Of a stretch of DNA of 64,000 bases, positions 48,357 through 58,124 are shown in pieces. Numbering within the stretch: the first letter of the stretch is position 1; each line of letters starts with the position of its first letter. The notes beneath the pieces were generated by a model. The model searched no databases, had not been told where the DNA came from, and worked only from the letters and a program-made list of their open reading frames with translations. Origin of the DNA: Candidatus Bathyarchaeia archaeon (GTDB taxonomy: Archaea > Thermoproteota > Bathyarchaeia > 40CM-2-53-6); contig JBEKFP010000002.1 in NCBI GenBank assembly GCA_050013255.1, forward strand, positions 160,001-224,000, written 5' to 3'. The position numbers and the translations under genes are program-made.

Positions 48357-49148
48357 TTGCAGATGAAGCCTTCAATGCTGCCTTTCTTACGGAAGGGAAA
48401 AGGCATCCTACTAGCTTATGACCAAGGTTTGGAGCACGGGCCATCCAAAGACTTCAACGAGAAAAGTGTCGATCCCGCTTACATTCTAGAGATTGCTGAG
48501 AAGGGAAAGTTCACGGGCATCATCTTCCAGAAAGGAGTCGCTGAGAAATACTACGATGGAAAGGTACCGCTCGTTATCAAGGTCAACGGCAAAACAAGTC
48601 TACCGAAAGGAGAACCTATGGCAAGTCAGATTTGTAGTGTCAAGCAGGCAAGAGCTCTAGGAGCCAAAGCCGTAGGGTACACGATTTACTTGGGAAGTGC
48701 CCACGAGAATCTCATGTTAAGTGAGTTTGGAAGGATTCAACAGGAAGCGCACGAATTGGGCTTGGCTGCAATTGCATGGATCTACCCAAGAGGCGAAGCG
48801 GTGACTAACGACACAGCACCTGAAATAGTTGCATACGCGGCTAGAGCTGGCCTAGAGGCCGGCGCCGACGCGGTGAAGATCAAATACACAGGCGATTCCG
48901 ATAGCTTCAGGTGGGCCGTGAGATCGGCTGGCGCGGCTAGAGTCTTCATGTCGGGGGGACCAAAAGCTCCAACTGATGAAGCGTTCCTGAGGCAAGTGAA
49001 GGGTGCTGTCGATGCAGGTGCCTCCGGTCTGGCAGTTGGGAGAAATGTTTGGCAACACGAACGTCCTCTAGAAATGGCGGCAGCATTGAGAGAGATAATA
49101 TTCAACGGCCAAAGCGTTGAGACAGCACTTGGGAAACTTGCCCGGTAG
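48357..49148 (+). CDS. fba: Class I fructose-bisphosphate aldolase (DhnA type)
   Basis: LAYDQGLEHGP, WIYPRG, GADAVKIKY (Schiff-base Lys), GRNVWQ. Confidence 0.9.
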   Translation: MQMKPSMLPFLRKGKGILLAYDQGLEHGPSKDFNEKSVDPAYILEIAEKGKFTGIIFQKGVAEKYYDGKVPLVIKVNGKTSLPKGEPMASQICSVKQARALGAKAVGYTIYLGSAHENLMLSEFGRIQQEAHELGLAAIAWIYPRGEAVTNDTAPEIVAYAARAGLEAGADAVKIKYTGDSDSFRWAVRSAGAARVFMSGGPKAPTDEAFLRQVKGAVDAGASGLAVGRNVWQHERPLEMAAALREIIFNGQSVETALGKLAR

Positions 49149-49155
49149 CGAACCA

Positions 49156-50061
49156 ATGCCCCAAACGAGCATGCTCGAACTACTGCAGAAGGAGGACCGA
49201 AGCCTTCGCAAACTTGTCCTTCTTCTTGCTGAGCTCAGCCTGTCGATTGCAGCACAAATCCCAAAGAGCTTAGGCGGGACCAATCAATACAATGTATACG
49301 GTGAGAAACAAGCAGAAATGGACGTCCGGACTAACGACCTAGTTACCAAGAAACTAGCCAAAAGCCACTTAGTGAGACAGGTCGCATCAGAAGAAACCCC
49401 GGAGCCACTAAATTTCAAACAAGGCGAGTTCTCCGTAACGCTAGATCCTCTGGATGGTTCCTCAAATATAACAAGCAACAACCTGATGGGAACTATAGTC
49501 GGTATTTACCGCGAGACCAGTCTTCCAGCGAAGGGTAGAGATCAAATCGCGGCAATGTACTTCCTCTATGGACCATACACGCAGGCAGTCGTCGCACTCA
49601 AAGACGGAGTCTACATCTTCGTGCCTTCCGGAAAAGCATCCGCATCTAGGCGATACGTTTCCAACGGGACACCCCATATACTTCCTGAGAAGGGAAGCGT
49701 CTACGGAATCGGAGGCCTAAAGCAGAAATGGACGCCCAAAGTTCAGGATTTCGTTCATTCGCTCGAAAAGCGGGCACTGAAACTCCGGTACGGCGGGTCG
49801 TTCGTGGGTGATTTCAATCAGGTACTCTACTACGGAGGAGTCTTTGCTTATCCTGAGCTCGTCGACGCACCTAATGGTAAACTTAGGCTGCAGTTCGAAT
49901 CGAATCCAGTTGCTTTCATAACTGAAAAGGCCGGCGGCAAAGGAAGCACTGGCAGAGCATCTATCCTTGATGTTGAACCAACAAGCAATGACGAGAGAGT
50001 CCCAACATACGTAGGCAATCGTGATCTAATTAACGAATTCGAACAGTCAATGAAAACTTAG
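49156..50061 (+). CDS. fbp: Class I fructose-1,6-bisphosphatase
   Basis: NVYGEKQ, ASEE, DPLDGSSN, RYGGSFVGD, GKLRL.FE.NP. Confidence 0.92.
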   Translation: MPQTSMLELLQKEDRSLRKLVLLLAELSLSIAAQIPKSLGGTNQYNVYGEKQAEMDVRTNDLVTKKLAKSHLVRQVASEETPEPLNFKQGEFSVTLDPLDGSSNITSNNLMGTIVGIYRETSLPAKGRDQIAAMYFLYGPYTQAVVALKDGVYIFVPSGKASASRRYVSNGTPHILPEKGSVYGIGGLKQKWTPKVQDFVHSLEKRALKLRYGGSFVGDFNQVLYYGGVFAYPELVDAPNGKLRLQFESNPVAFITEKAGGKGSTGRASILDVEPTSNDERVPTYVGNRDLINEFEQSMKT

Positions 50062-50233
50062 AGATTAATCGCCCTCTCTCAACTAGGCTGAACCAAGTGA
50101 ATAAGGCACCTCATCAGGCCATTATTCAACTATGCCGCAGCAATACCCTCGTGCTCTTCATCTCGTGCCACCCTCTCCAGGTTGACTCCCAAAGTTTCTT
50201 ACATGTGCCTTACCATTAGACAAGCGACACAGC

Positions 50234-50923
50234 ATGACAACTCGGATCGAACCTTTCTTGCTCGTCAACTTCAAGACCTATCTTGAGGCGACCGGGAAGA
50301 AGGCGATTGAACTCGCCCTCAAATTGGAGAAAGTCGGAGCAGAGACGGGCGTCAAAGTAGGAGTGGCCCCTCAATTTTGTGACATCGAGCAGGTTGCAGC
50401 CAATGTTGAGATGCCTGTCTTCGCGCAGCACATAGACCCAGTCCCCCCTGGCGCTTTCACCGGCCACGTACTCGCAGAGTCTGTTAGTGCGGCAGGAGCG
50501 TCAGGAACGCTCATCAATCATTCTGAAAGAAACTTGAAACTTCCGGAAATCGAGAAATCAGTTGAACACGCTCGAGAAGTTGGGTTGACAACAGTGGTCT
50601 GTGCTGGAACTGCTAGGTTGGGTGCTGCAGTCGCACTTTTGGAACCGGATATGGTGGCCATCGAACCACCCGAACTGATCGGTTCAGGACGTGCTGTTTC
50701 AAAAGAGAGACCTGAGATCATCATCGAATCCGTGAGGAGAATCCGCACCGTGAATGGCAAAGTCAAGATCTTGTGCGGTGCTGGAATAACGACGGGGGAA
50801 GACGTTCACGCGGCGTTGAAGCTTGGGACACAGGGCGTTCTAGTTGCGAGTGGCATAGTTAAGGCACCTGCGCCAGAACGTGTGTTGCGTGATTTCTGCG
50901 AGGCCGTTCAGAAGTACCTTTAG
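50234..50923 (+). CDS. tpiA: Triosephosphate isomerase (archaeal type)
   Basis: NFKTY, INHSE, EPPELIG, CGAGI, LVASG. Confidence 0.95.
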   Translation: MTTRIEPFLLVNFKTYLEATGKKAIELALKLEKVGAETGVKVGVAPQFCDIEQVAANVEMPVFAQHIDPVPPGAFTGHVLAESVSAAGASGTLINHSERNLKLPEIEKSVEHAREVGLTTVVCAGTARLGAAVALLEPDMVAIEPPELIGSGRAVSKERPEIIIESVRRIRTVNGKVKILCGAGITTGEDVHAALKLGTQGVLVASGIVKAPAPERVLRDFCEAVQKYL

Positions 50924-51023
50924 AGGTCGCACTCCAAGGTGTTTGATCCTTAGCTAGCATTCATAGCTAGCATTTATAACGGGTACCGCACTCTCTCGCG
51001 CAAAAACAGACTCGTGGAGCCGG

Positions 51024-51944
51024 ATGAACGACTTCCAAAGACTGCTCGATGAAAAGCGGGCTGTCGTCAACAAGCGACTCGACGAGCTGCTCTCAACTGG
51101 TTTTGAGCAAAGCGAAGCAAATGAGCTTGTGAAGTATACCTTTAGAACCGGCGGCAAAAGGCTCCGACCAATATTGGTCTTATTGGCTTCCGAGAGTGTT
51201 GGCGGAAAGACGGAACATGCTCTCGACGCCGCTGTCGCGATGGAATTTCTCCATGCGGCATCGTTGATTTTTGATGACCTTATCGATAAGCACAGGTTAC
51301 GGCGGAGTCTTCCCACGACCCAGCATGCCTTCGCTGATGATAAGGCGATTAGCTCTGGGCTGTTTCTCGCATCCAAAGGCGTGCAAATTCTCTCCGAGTA
51401 CAAGGAACCTAAGATAACTCGGCTCGTGGGTTGGGGGCTTGTTGACCTTAGCAAGGGAGAAATCTTGGATACCCTAACGGAGCTTGCAATTGACATCGAC
51501 CATTACCTAAACATCGCTGACCTCAAGACAGGTTCACTATTCAGCGCTGCTGCTGGAATTGGCGGAGTGCTTGGCGGTGCGAATGCGGATGAGGTTAACT
51601 GTTTGTATAATTACGGTAGAGCTGTGGGAATAGCCTTCCAAATCAAAGATGACATCCTAGACCAGTCGGGCGATCCCGAGAGGCAGGAGCGCGTAAACCT
51701 AGTAGTCATGCACTATCTGGACGAAGCGATGAAGCGGGAGCGAGTAAGCAACCTTCTAGACGACAAGGATAAGTCCGACAAAGTTGCGATTGCAGCACTG
51801 TACGAAAAGGCTATGCAGTTTGCTCTAAAGAAATCACGTGAACAAGTCGAGAAAGCAAAAAAAGAATTAAAGGGACTTCGCGATCCGGGCAAGAGCAAGC
51901 TACTGGAAGATTTCGCTGACTACTCGCTTGAGAGGTCTTTCTAG
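51024..51944 (+). CDS. trans-Polyprenyl diphosphate synthase
   Basis: GGKRLRP, DDLID...RR, KTG.LF, FQIKDDILD. Confidence 0.9.
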   Translation: MNDFQRLLDEKRAVVNKRLDELLSTGFEQSEANELVKYTFRTGGKRLRPILVLLASESVGGKTEHALDAAVAMEFLHAASLIFDDLIDKHRLRRSLPTTQHAFADDKAISSGLFLASKGVQILSEYKEPKITRLVGWGLVDLSKGEILDTLTELAIDIDHYLNIADLKTGSLFSAAAGIGGVLGGANADEVNCLYNYGRAVGIAFQIKDDILDQSGDPERQERVNLVVMHYLDEAMKRERVSNLLDDKDKSDKVAIAALYEKAMQFALKKSREQVEKAKKELKGLRDPGKSKLLEDFADYSLERSF

Positions 51945-51951
51945 CCTTAGC

Positions 51952-52104
51952 TTATGCTTCAGTCAGGTAGTCGGTCCCGCATGAACTGCATTTCCATTTC
52001 CACAAAACTTTCCCTTCTTTGAAGACCAATTCAGACTGTGCGGGAACCTGTTTCATGCATTTGGCACACCAGAAATGAGTAGTTCCTGCAGAATGCCAAG
52101 CCAT
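51952..52104 (-). CDS. Small zinc-ribbon protein (50 aa); not in ORF track
   Basis: Hand translation MAWHSAGTTHFWCAKCMKQVPAQSELVFKEGKVLWKWKCSSCGTDYLTEA. Confidence 0.65.
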   Translation of the reverse strand: MAWHSAGTTHFWCAKCMKQVPAQSELVFKEGKVLWKWKCSSCGTDYLTEA

Positions 52105-52307
52105 TTTTCAATTCCTTCGTGTCGTTGCGTTTCAGGCGGGTCTCTTATGGTCGAAGATTCGAGACGCCGAGTAATATTTCTGGTTGCTTAAGAAAATACC
52201 TACGCTGAAATTAGCTGAGCGAGCGCGATTCCGCGCGAAGTATTAGCATTATTTATATTCGGTTGGTTTAGTCAGGAACCCGTTCACCTCTCGTGCGGGT
52301 ACCAACA

Positions 52308-52670
52308 ATGGCGCTAAACCCCTGGCTGGCAATTATCATCTGGGCCGTCCTCATCGTTCTCCTCACCGGCCCGTTGTTGACATTGCCAATGTTTTGGTCC
52401 CGTCGAAAGCCTGACCCTTTTCGAGACATGCCGTTCGAATCAGGACAGGTTCCGCAAGGCGAGGCGAGAACTCGATTGGTCATGCAATACTATCCATACT
52501 TGCTAATGTTTGTTGTTTTTGACGTCGTCGGGATGTTCCTGTTTGCATGGGGAATAAGCTACAGGACGATCCCTCTGAATGCTTCGTTTCTGGTGTTACT
52601 CTTTCTGTTTCTGCTAGCGGCGCCCTTAGGCTATGCGCTCCATCTGGCGCTTCACAGGGAGAATTGGTAG
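52308..52670 (+). CDS. nuoA: Complex I-like subunit A
   Basis: PFESGQ.P.G, QYY.YLLMFVVFDV. Confidence 0.9.
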   Translation: MALNPWLAIIIWAVLIVLLTGPLLTLPMFWSRRKPDPFRDMPFESGQVPQGEARTRLVMQYYPYLLMFVVFDVVGMFLFAWGISYRTIPLNASFLVLLFLFLLAAPLGYALHLALHRENW

Positions 52671-52671
52671 T

Positions 52672-53703
52672 TTGGTAAATCTCCCCGCTACACCTGCCGA
52701 CCTAATCCCCTTCATTATCGCCGTAATCACATCGCATACTTTCATCACAATCGTCTTCTTTCCAGGCTTCATACACCTGATGTTAGTTGTCATGTTCCTG
52801 ACTTGGTATGAGCGAAAAGTCTTGGCGAGAATTCAGCTCAGGATCGGCCCGCTATACGCCGGCGGGCCAGGAGGAATACTGCAGCCGATTGCAGACGGCG
52901 TGAAGTTGATCTTCAAAGAAGTCATGATCCCGTACAAAGCGAACAAGCCTCTTTTCATTTGGATGCCACTTGCGATGGTCTTCTCTGCCGCTGTACCGTT
53001 CGCAGTGATCCCCTTTGGGCAACATTGGGTAATCGCGAACTTGGATGTAGGATTGGTGTTTGTCTTCGCGATGACCTCGCTATTTCCTAGCATGATTCTG
53101 ATTTTTGCGTGGGCGAGCAATAGCAAGTACCCATTCTTGGGGGGCTTGCGTTCACTATTTCAGCAGGTCGCCTATGAGATTCCGATGTGGATCTCCGCCC
53201 TTAGCGTTGTCATGTTAGCGGGTTCACTTAGCTTGGTTGACATAGTCAACGCTCAACAGAAGATCTGGTTCATCGTTCCCGCGTTTCTGTCCTTTGTCGT
53301 TTTCTTCATAGCTGTCATGGCTGAGCTCGAAAGGCTTCCATTCGATTTGCCGGAAGCCGAGCCTGAACTCGTTGCGGGGTGGTACACAGAATCGAGCGGA
53401 GCAATTTTCATGGTGTTATTCTTGGCGCTCTACATGAAACTGTATTTGATGTCTTCTCTCATCACTGTCCTTTTTCTTGGTGGTTGGTATGGGCCTGCGT
53501 TCCTTCCCCAACCGGTCTGGTTCATAATGAAGACCTTACTCGTTGCAACGTTCATAATCATGCCTCGTGGAGTCTACCCGAGGATTAGGGTTGACATGCT
53601 CATCAGAATTGGGTGGACGCGGTTGCTCATCATCGCCATAGCTAACGTCTTCCTGACCGTCCTTATGCTTAGCTCAGGAATACTCTCTACGTGGGGGCTT
53701 TGA
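52672..53703 (+). CDS. nuoH: Complex I-like subunit H
   Basis: ERKVLARIQLRIGP, QPIADGVKL, PFDLPEAEPELVAG. TTG 52672 preferred. Confidence 0.95.
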   Translation: MVNLPATPADLIPFIIAVITSHTFITIVFFPGFIHLMLVVMFLTWYERKVLARIQLRIGPLYAGGPGGILQPIADGVKLIFKEVMIPYKANKPLFIWMPLAMVFSAAVPFAVIPFGQHWVIANLDVGLVFVFAMTSLFPSMILIFAWASNSKYPFLGGLRSLFQQVAYEIPMWISALSVVMLAGSLSLVDIVNAQQKIWFIVPAFLSFVVFFIAVMAELERLPFDLPEAEPELVAGWYTESSGAIFMVLFLALYMKLYLMSSLITVLFLGGWYGPAFLPQPVWFIMKTLLVATFIIMPRGVYPRIRVDMLIRIGWTRLLIIAIANVFLTVLMLSSGILSTWGL

Positions 53704-53707
53704 ACTA

Positions 53708-54226
53708 GTGGACTTGGGCATTCCACCTGACGTTCCGTTTATCATACTTGCCACAGTAACCGTCGTTGCTGCGATTATGGCTCTTCAAGCAAAGGAGCTC
53801 ATCTATGGAGCCATCTCACTCGCGATCAGTTTCATCGGGGTTGCAGGCTTCTTCGTTTTTCTGGACGCACCTTATCTCGCGATGCTTCAAATCGCGGTTT
53901 ACGTTGGCGCTGTCGTAGTCCTAATTCTCTTTACGATCATGCTTGTACGACGCGAAGTTGTGGGAGAGATAGCAGAGCGTGAAGAAGGCGGCGAGGGTTC
54001 AATGGGCCTGTGGATCGCAGGCCTACTCGCGGTCTCAATCGCTGGCGTCGCGGCCCTAGCAGGTTCTAACCTCCCGGAAACGGCTCCACCTGCTAATTTG
54101 CCGGTTTCCGAATTGGGGCCTGTGCTTGCCATAAGCTACCCCGTTCCGCTCGTCATACTTGCGTTACTCCTGTCCGCCGCACTTCTCGGAGCACTGGTCT
54201 TAGCGAAACTGGAGAGGGAACAGTAA
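53708..54226 (+). CDS. nuoJ: Complex I-like subunit J
   Basis: QIAVYVGAVVVLILF.IML. Confidence 0.92.
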   Translation: MDLGIPPDVPFIILATVTVVAAIMALQAKELIYGAISLAISFIGVAGFFVFLDAPYLAMLQIAVYVGAVVVLILFTIMLVRREVVGEIAEREEGGEGSMGLWIAGLLAVSIAGVAALAGSNLPETAPPANLPVSELGPVLAISYPVPLVILALLLSAALLGALVLAKLEREQ

Positions 54227-54535
54227 ATGGTCGCCTTAACCAGTTACATCATAGTCTCAGCTGCGCTACTCGGAATTGGTGTCTATGGGCTTAGCGTGAA
54301 GAAAAATGCGATGCGCCTCCTGTTCGCTATTGAAATCATCGTTAACGCAGCTAACCTGAACTTCGCAGCATTCACACGGTACATGAGTCCCCCCCAGGTA
54401 TCCGGACAGGTTATCGTATTCTACTCTATCGCAGCTGCTGCCATGGAGGCGGCGGTCGGTTTAGCCCTCATTCTCGTCGCTTTCAGACTTAACGGCAGCA
54501 TAGACGTTAGGAAACTGAACAAACTGAAGGGATGA
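54227..54535 (+). CDS. nuoK: Complex I-like subunit K
   Basis: IEIIVNAANL, AAMEAAVGLA, LKG. Confidence 0.95.
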   Translation: MVALTSYIIVSAALLGIGVYGLSVKKNAMRLLFAIEIIVNAANLNFAAFTRYMSPPQVSGQVIVFYSIAAAAMEAAVGLALILVAFRLNGSIDVRKLNKLKG

Positions 54536-54541
54536 ACCACA

Positions 54542-56014
54542 TTGTACATGCAGCTCCTCCAAATTCTTCTAGTCCCACTTCTCTTCGTTTTCATCACTTA
54601 TGCAGCTGGCATTAGATGGGGAGCGAAAGCGGGTTGGCTCGCCTTCGCAGCGCTCGCCTACTCGACTTTCTTGACTCTTCTCGCGGGCTCGCAGGGTGGG
54701 GTTCAAGAATACTATAACTGGAGCCCCATCGGGCTATTCGGCTTCAACGCCGACGGATTGAGTGTCCCAATTCTCTTCACAATCGCACTACTGTGCACCT
54801 TGATGTCCATCTACTCAATACCCTACATGCAGCACATCATTGGCGACGATAAGAAACAGTTCGGCCTCTTCTACGTCCTCTTCATGCTGTATTCAGTGGG
54901 AATGATGGGAGCAGTACTGGCAACGAACCTCATAGAATTCTACTTGTTCTTCGAGCTTATGCTCATACCATCTTATTTCTTGATAGCAAAATGGGGGTAC
55001 GGCGACAGGGATAGAATCTCTTTCATGTACTTCATGTGGACGCATATCGGCGCATTGTCTTTCCTTGCTGGAATCCTCTCGGTCGGCTATCTGAGTGGAT
55101 TTCAATTCGACCTAGCAAAAATCGTGGCCTCAGCTATCCCAGCGAACCTTCGGATTTGGATTGTCAGCTTAATGGTTGTGGGACTCTTGGTCAAGATGGC
55201 TGCATTTGGGTTGCACATTTGGTTGCCCCACGCCCACGCAGAAGCACCGACACCTATCAGCGCTCTCCTATCACCGGCAATGATCGGGATAGGCGGTTAC
55301 GCGATCGTACGGCTAGTCATGACAATTCTTCCTACCGCATTCTTTGAAATTTCCACAGCCCTCGCCATCTGGGCTGTAGTTACGATGTTTTACGGCGGAG
55401 CCATGGCGCTGGTGCAAGACGACATCAAGCGTCTCCTGGCCTATTCGAGTGTAAGTCAGATGGGATACATTCTGCTCGGCATTTCATCGGTTCAAGTTCT
55501 AGGAGTATCTGGTAGCATGTTTCAATATGTCACCCATGGGCTTGGAAAGGGGATTCTCTTCATGGTGGCCGGGGCGATAATCCTGCAGGCTCACGGCCTG
55601 CGAAGCATCGGTAAAATGGGCGGGCTCGCCTCCAAGATGCCCATCACAACTACCGCTGCGATAATTGGTTTCCTCACGATAATGGGCATCCCGCCAACAA
55701 CTGGCTTTATTTCTGAATTCCTGATCTTTGCGGGGAGCTTCAACGAAGCATTCGCGTTAAACTCAATGTTGCGGATTGGGCTTTCGTTCTTGGGTGTGGT
55801 CTCAACAGCGCTAACTGCAGGCTACTCACTTTGGGCTGTGAAGCGCATTTTCTTTGGCAAATTGCCTGATGAGCTGAGCAATGTTACCGAGGCTCCCTGG
55901 ACCGTTACCGGGCCGCTCCTTGTACTCGCCGCAATATCACTTGTCCTCGGCATATACCCAGACCTCGTTGAGAAACTGCTCTTACCCGTCGTGAAAATGA
56001 TCTTGGGAGGTTAG
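54542..56014 (+). CDS. nuoM: Complex I antiporter-like subunit, M-type (copy 1)
   Basis: FYLFFELMLIP, LHIWLPHAHAEAP, DDIKRLLAYSS. Confidence 0.8.
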   Translation: MYMQLLQILLVPLLFVFITYAAGIRWGAKAGWLAFAALAYSTFLTLLAGSQGGVQEYYNWSPIGLFGFNADGLSVPILFTIALLCTLMSIYSIPYMQHIIGDDKKQFGLFYVLFMLYSVGMMGAVLATNLIEFYLFFELMLIPSYFLIAKWGYGDRDRISFMYFMWTHIGALSFLAGILSVGYLSGFQFDLAKIVASAIPANLRIWIVSLMVVGLLVKMAAFGLHIWLPHAHAEAPTPISALLSPAMIGIGGYAIVRLVMTILPTAFFEISTALAIWAVVTMFYGGAMALVQDDIKRLLAYSSVSQMGYILLGISSVQVLGVSGSMFQYVTHGLGKGILFMVAGAIILQAHGLRSIGKMGGLASKMPITTTAAIIGFLTIMGIPPTTGFISEFLIFAGSFNEAFALNSMLRIGLSFLGVVSTALTAGYSLWAVKRIFFGKLPDELSNVTEAPWTVTGPLLVLAAISLVLGIYPDLVEKLLLPVVKMILGG

Positions 56015-56017
56015 AAC

Positions 56018-58114
56018 GTGAACGAAATCTTTGGTTGGCTAACTTGGATACTGCCATTCGTTGGCGCGCTCTTAACCCCAGTAATGGCTCGCATACATCC
56101 CAAGGTCAGAGACTTCAATTCGGTCGCATTCGCATTACTTGGAGCAATCTCGGCGGCACTATTGATTCCCTCAGTCATGTCCGGGTCGGTGCAAGATGTT
56201 CAAGTTAATTGGATAACGAGCTTGAACATCAAAGCAGGAGTCCTTCTTGACCCACTTAGCATAATCCTAGCGAACGTTGTCTCGTGGGTTAGCTTTCTCA
56301 TAATGGTCTACAGCCTCGCCTACATGAAAGGCGACGACGGCTTAACCCGATATTGGTTCTTCATGAACTTCTTCATAGGCAGCATGTTACTCCTAGTAAT
56401 GTCCGACAACCTTCTCCAGCTCTTCTTCGGGTGGGAAGGGGTAGGCCTCTGCTCGTACGCGCTCATAGGACACTGGTACAAGGATCCACTTGACAAATGG
56501 GTCGGAACCATAGGGGACAAATCGCTTAACGTACCGATGGCCTACTCACCAAGCCATGCAGGCATGAAGGCCCTTATTGTAACAAGAATCGGGGACATTG
56601 GCCTTCTAATTGCAATTTTCATGATCTATAGCTACTCGGGCACTTTGAACTTCGTCGACCTATCCCAGAATGTCTCTTGGGCGCTACCACTCAGCCGAGT
56701 AGGTTTGCTGATTCCCGTGGCCCTGCTCTTCTTCTGGGGGCCAATCGGTAAGTCGGCGCAGTTCCCACTTCATGAATGGCTTCCGGACGCGATGGCAGGC
56801 CCAACCTCAGTTTCAGCACTCATTCATGCGGCAACCATGGTCACGGCAGGTGTCTATTTGGCTGGAAGGGCGGGTCCCATGTTCTACAACTCAGTTTTGC
56901 AATACGCTCAGCCCACGTTCTTCTTTGAGGCAGTTGCCTGGGTTGGCGCCTTCACATGTTTCATGGCGGCAACTCAAGCATTGGTATCGAAGGAATTGAA
57001 GAAGCTCCTCGCATACTCCACAATCTCCCAAATCGGCTATATGATGCTCGGCATTGGAGCGGGAGGCCTGGCATCAGAATTTGTCACAGGGCTAACGGCC
57101 GGAATCTTCCACCTTATGACCCACGCGCTCTTCAAAGCCGCCGCATTTCTCGCAGCGGGAGCAATACTTCACGCCGTGGAATCAAGGTACATGTATGATA
57201 TGGGCGGGCTACGGAAATCGATGAAAATCACCTTTGCTTCAATGCTGATTGCCTTGCTTGCACTTTCGGGAGTGCCCCCGCTGAGCGGATTCTGGAGCAA
57301 AGACGCAGTAATCGCAGTAACCGTCTTGACCGGGCAATTGCCACTCATGCTACTGGCCTGGGGTACCGTAGCGCTGACTTTCCTTTATAGCCTGAAAGTA
57401 ATCGGGTTAGTCTTCATGGCGCCAAAGAGTGAGAATGTCAAAAAGTTGGAGGAAGAGGGGCATCAGATTCATGAGGCGCCGAAGTTAATGTGGGTGCCAT
57501 ACCTAATTCTAGCGCTCGCAACTGTCGCCATCGGTTTGGCTGGGCCTTTTGTGGAATCCGCATTTACCCACGCCCTGGACTTAACGACGACCCCCTTGGC
57601 GGCGTCGGGCCCTGAGCTTAACCCTGCTGTTGAACAGACTGCCGCATTAACAGCAACGATCGGGTCCCTGATCATGCTCGCCATAGGTGGGACGTTGGGT
57701 TACCTAATCTATATTTCAGGCCGGCTGAAGCCCGCAGCGATTGTGGGTGAGACGGGTTTCGGGCGCACGGTCTATAACTTTCTCTGGAACCGCTGGTACA
57801 TCAACCCGTTATACTACCGCGCATTCGTTTACGGAACCATATCAGCTGCAACGGCCGTGAAGGATACGATTGAGACCGGGTTCTTCGACAAGATCAGCGG
57901 CGTTGTGGCCCTAGCTTCCATCGACGTATCCAGAGGCGGACAAGGAATTGACCTGCGTTTTATTGACGGTTATATCAACGGAATTGCTTTAACAGGCCGG
58001 AAGTTCTCCTCCGCACTGAGAAGACTCCAAACCGGAATACCGCAAGAGTACGTAGCAGTCTTCGCCCTCGGATTATTCGCTTTAGTTGTGGCGATCCTGT
58101 TCTTCTTAACATGA
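56018..58114 (+). CDS. nuoL: Complex I-like subunit L
   Basis: WEGVGLCSY, GKSAQFPLHEWLPDAMAGPT.VSALIHAATMV. Confidence 0.95.
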   Translation: MNEIFGWLTWILPFVGALLTPVMARIHPKVRDFNSVAFALLGAISAALLIPSVMSGSVQDVQVNWITSLNIKAGVLLDPLSIILANVVSWVSFLIMVYSLAYMKGDDGLTRYWFFMNFFIGSMLLLVMSDNLLQLFFGWEGVGLCSYALIGHWYKDPLDKWVGTIGDKSLNVPMAYSPSHAGMKALIVTRIGDIGLLIAIFMIYSYSGTLNFVDLSQNVSWALPLSRVGLLIPVALLFFWGPIGKSAQFPLHEWLPDAMAGPTSVSALIHAATMVTAGVYLAGRAGPMFYNSVLQYAQPTFFFEAVAWVGAFTCFMAATQALVSKELKKLLAYSTISQIGYMMLGIGAGGLASEFVTGLTAGIFHLMTHALFKAAAFLAAGAILHAVESRYMYDMGGLRKSMKITFASMLIALLALSGVPPLSGFWSKDAVIAVTVLTGQLPLMLLAWGTVALTFLYSLKVIGLVFMAPKSENVKKLEEEGHQIHEAPKLMWVPYLILALATVAIGLAGPFVESAFTHALDLTTTPLAASGPELNPAVEQTAALTATIGSLIMLAIGGTLGYLIYISGRLKPAAIVGETGFGRTVYNFLWNRWYINPLYYRAFVYGTISAATAVKDTIETGFFDKISGVVALASIDVSRGGQGIDLRFIDGYINGIALTGRKFSSALRRLQTGIPQEYVAVFALGLFALVVAILFFLT

Positions 58115-58124
58115 GGGCGAAAAC

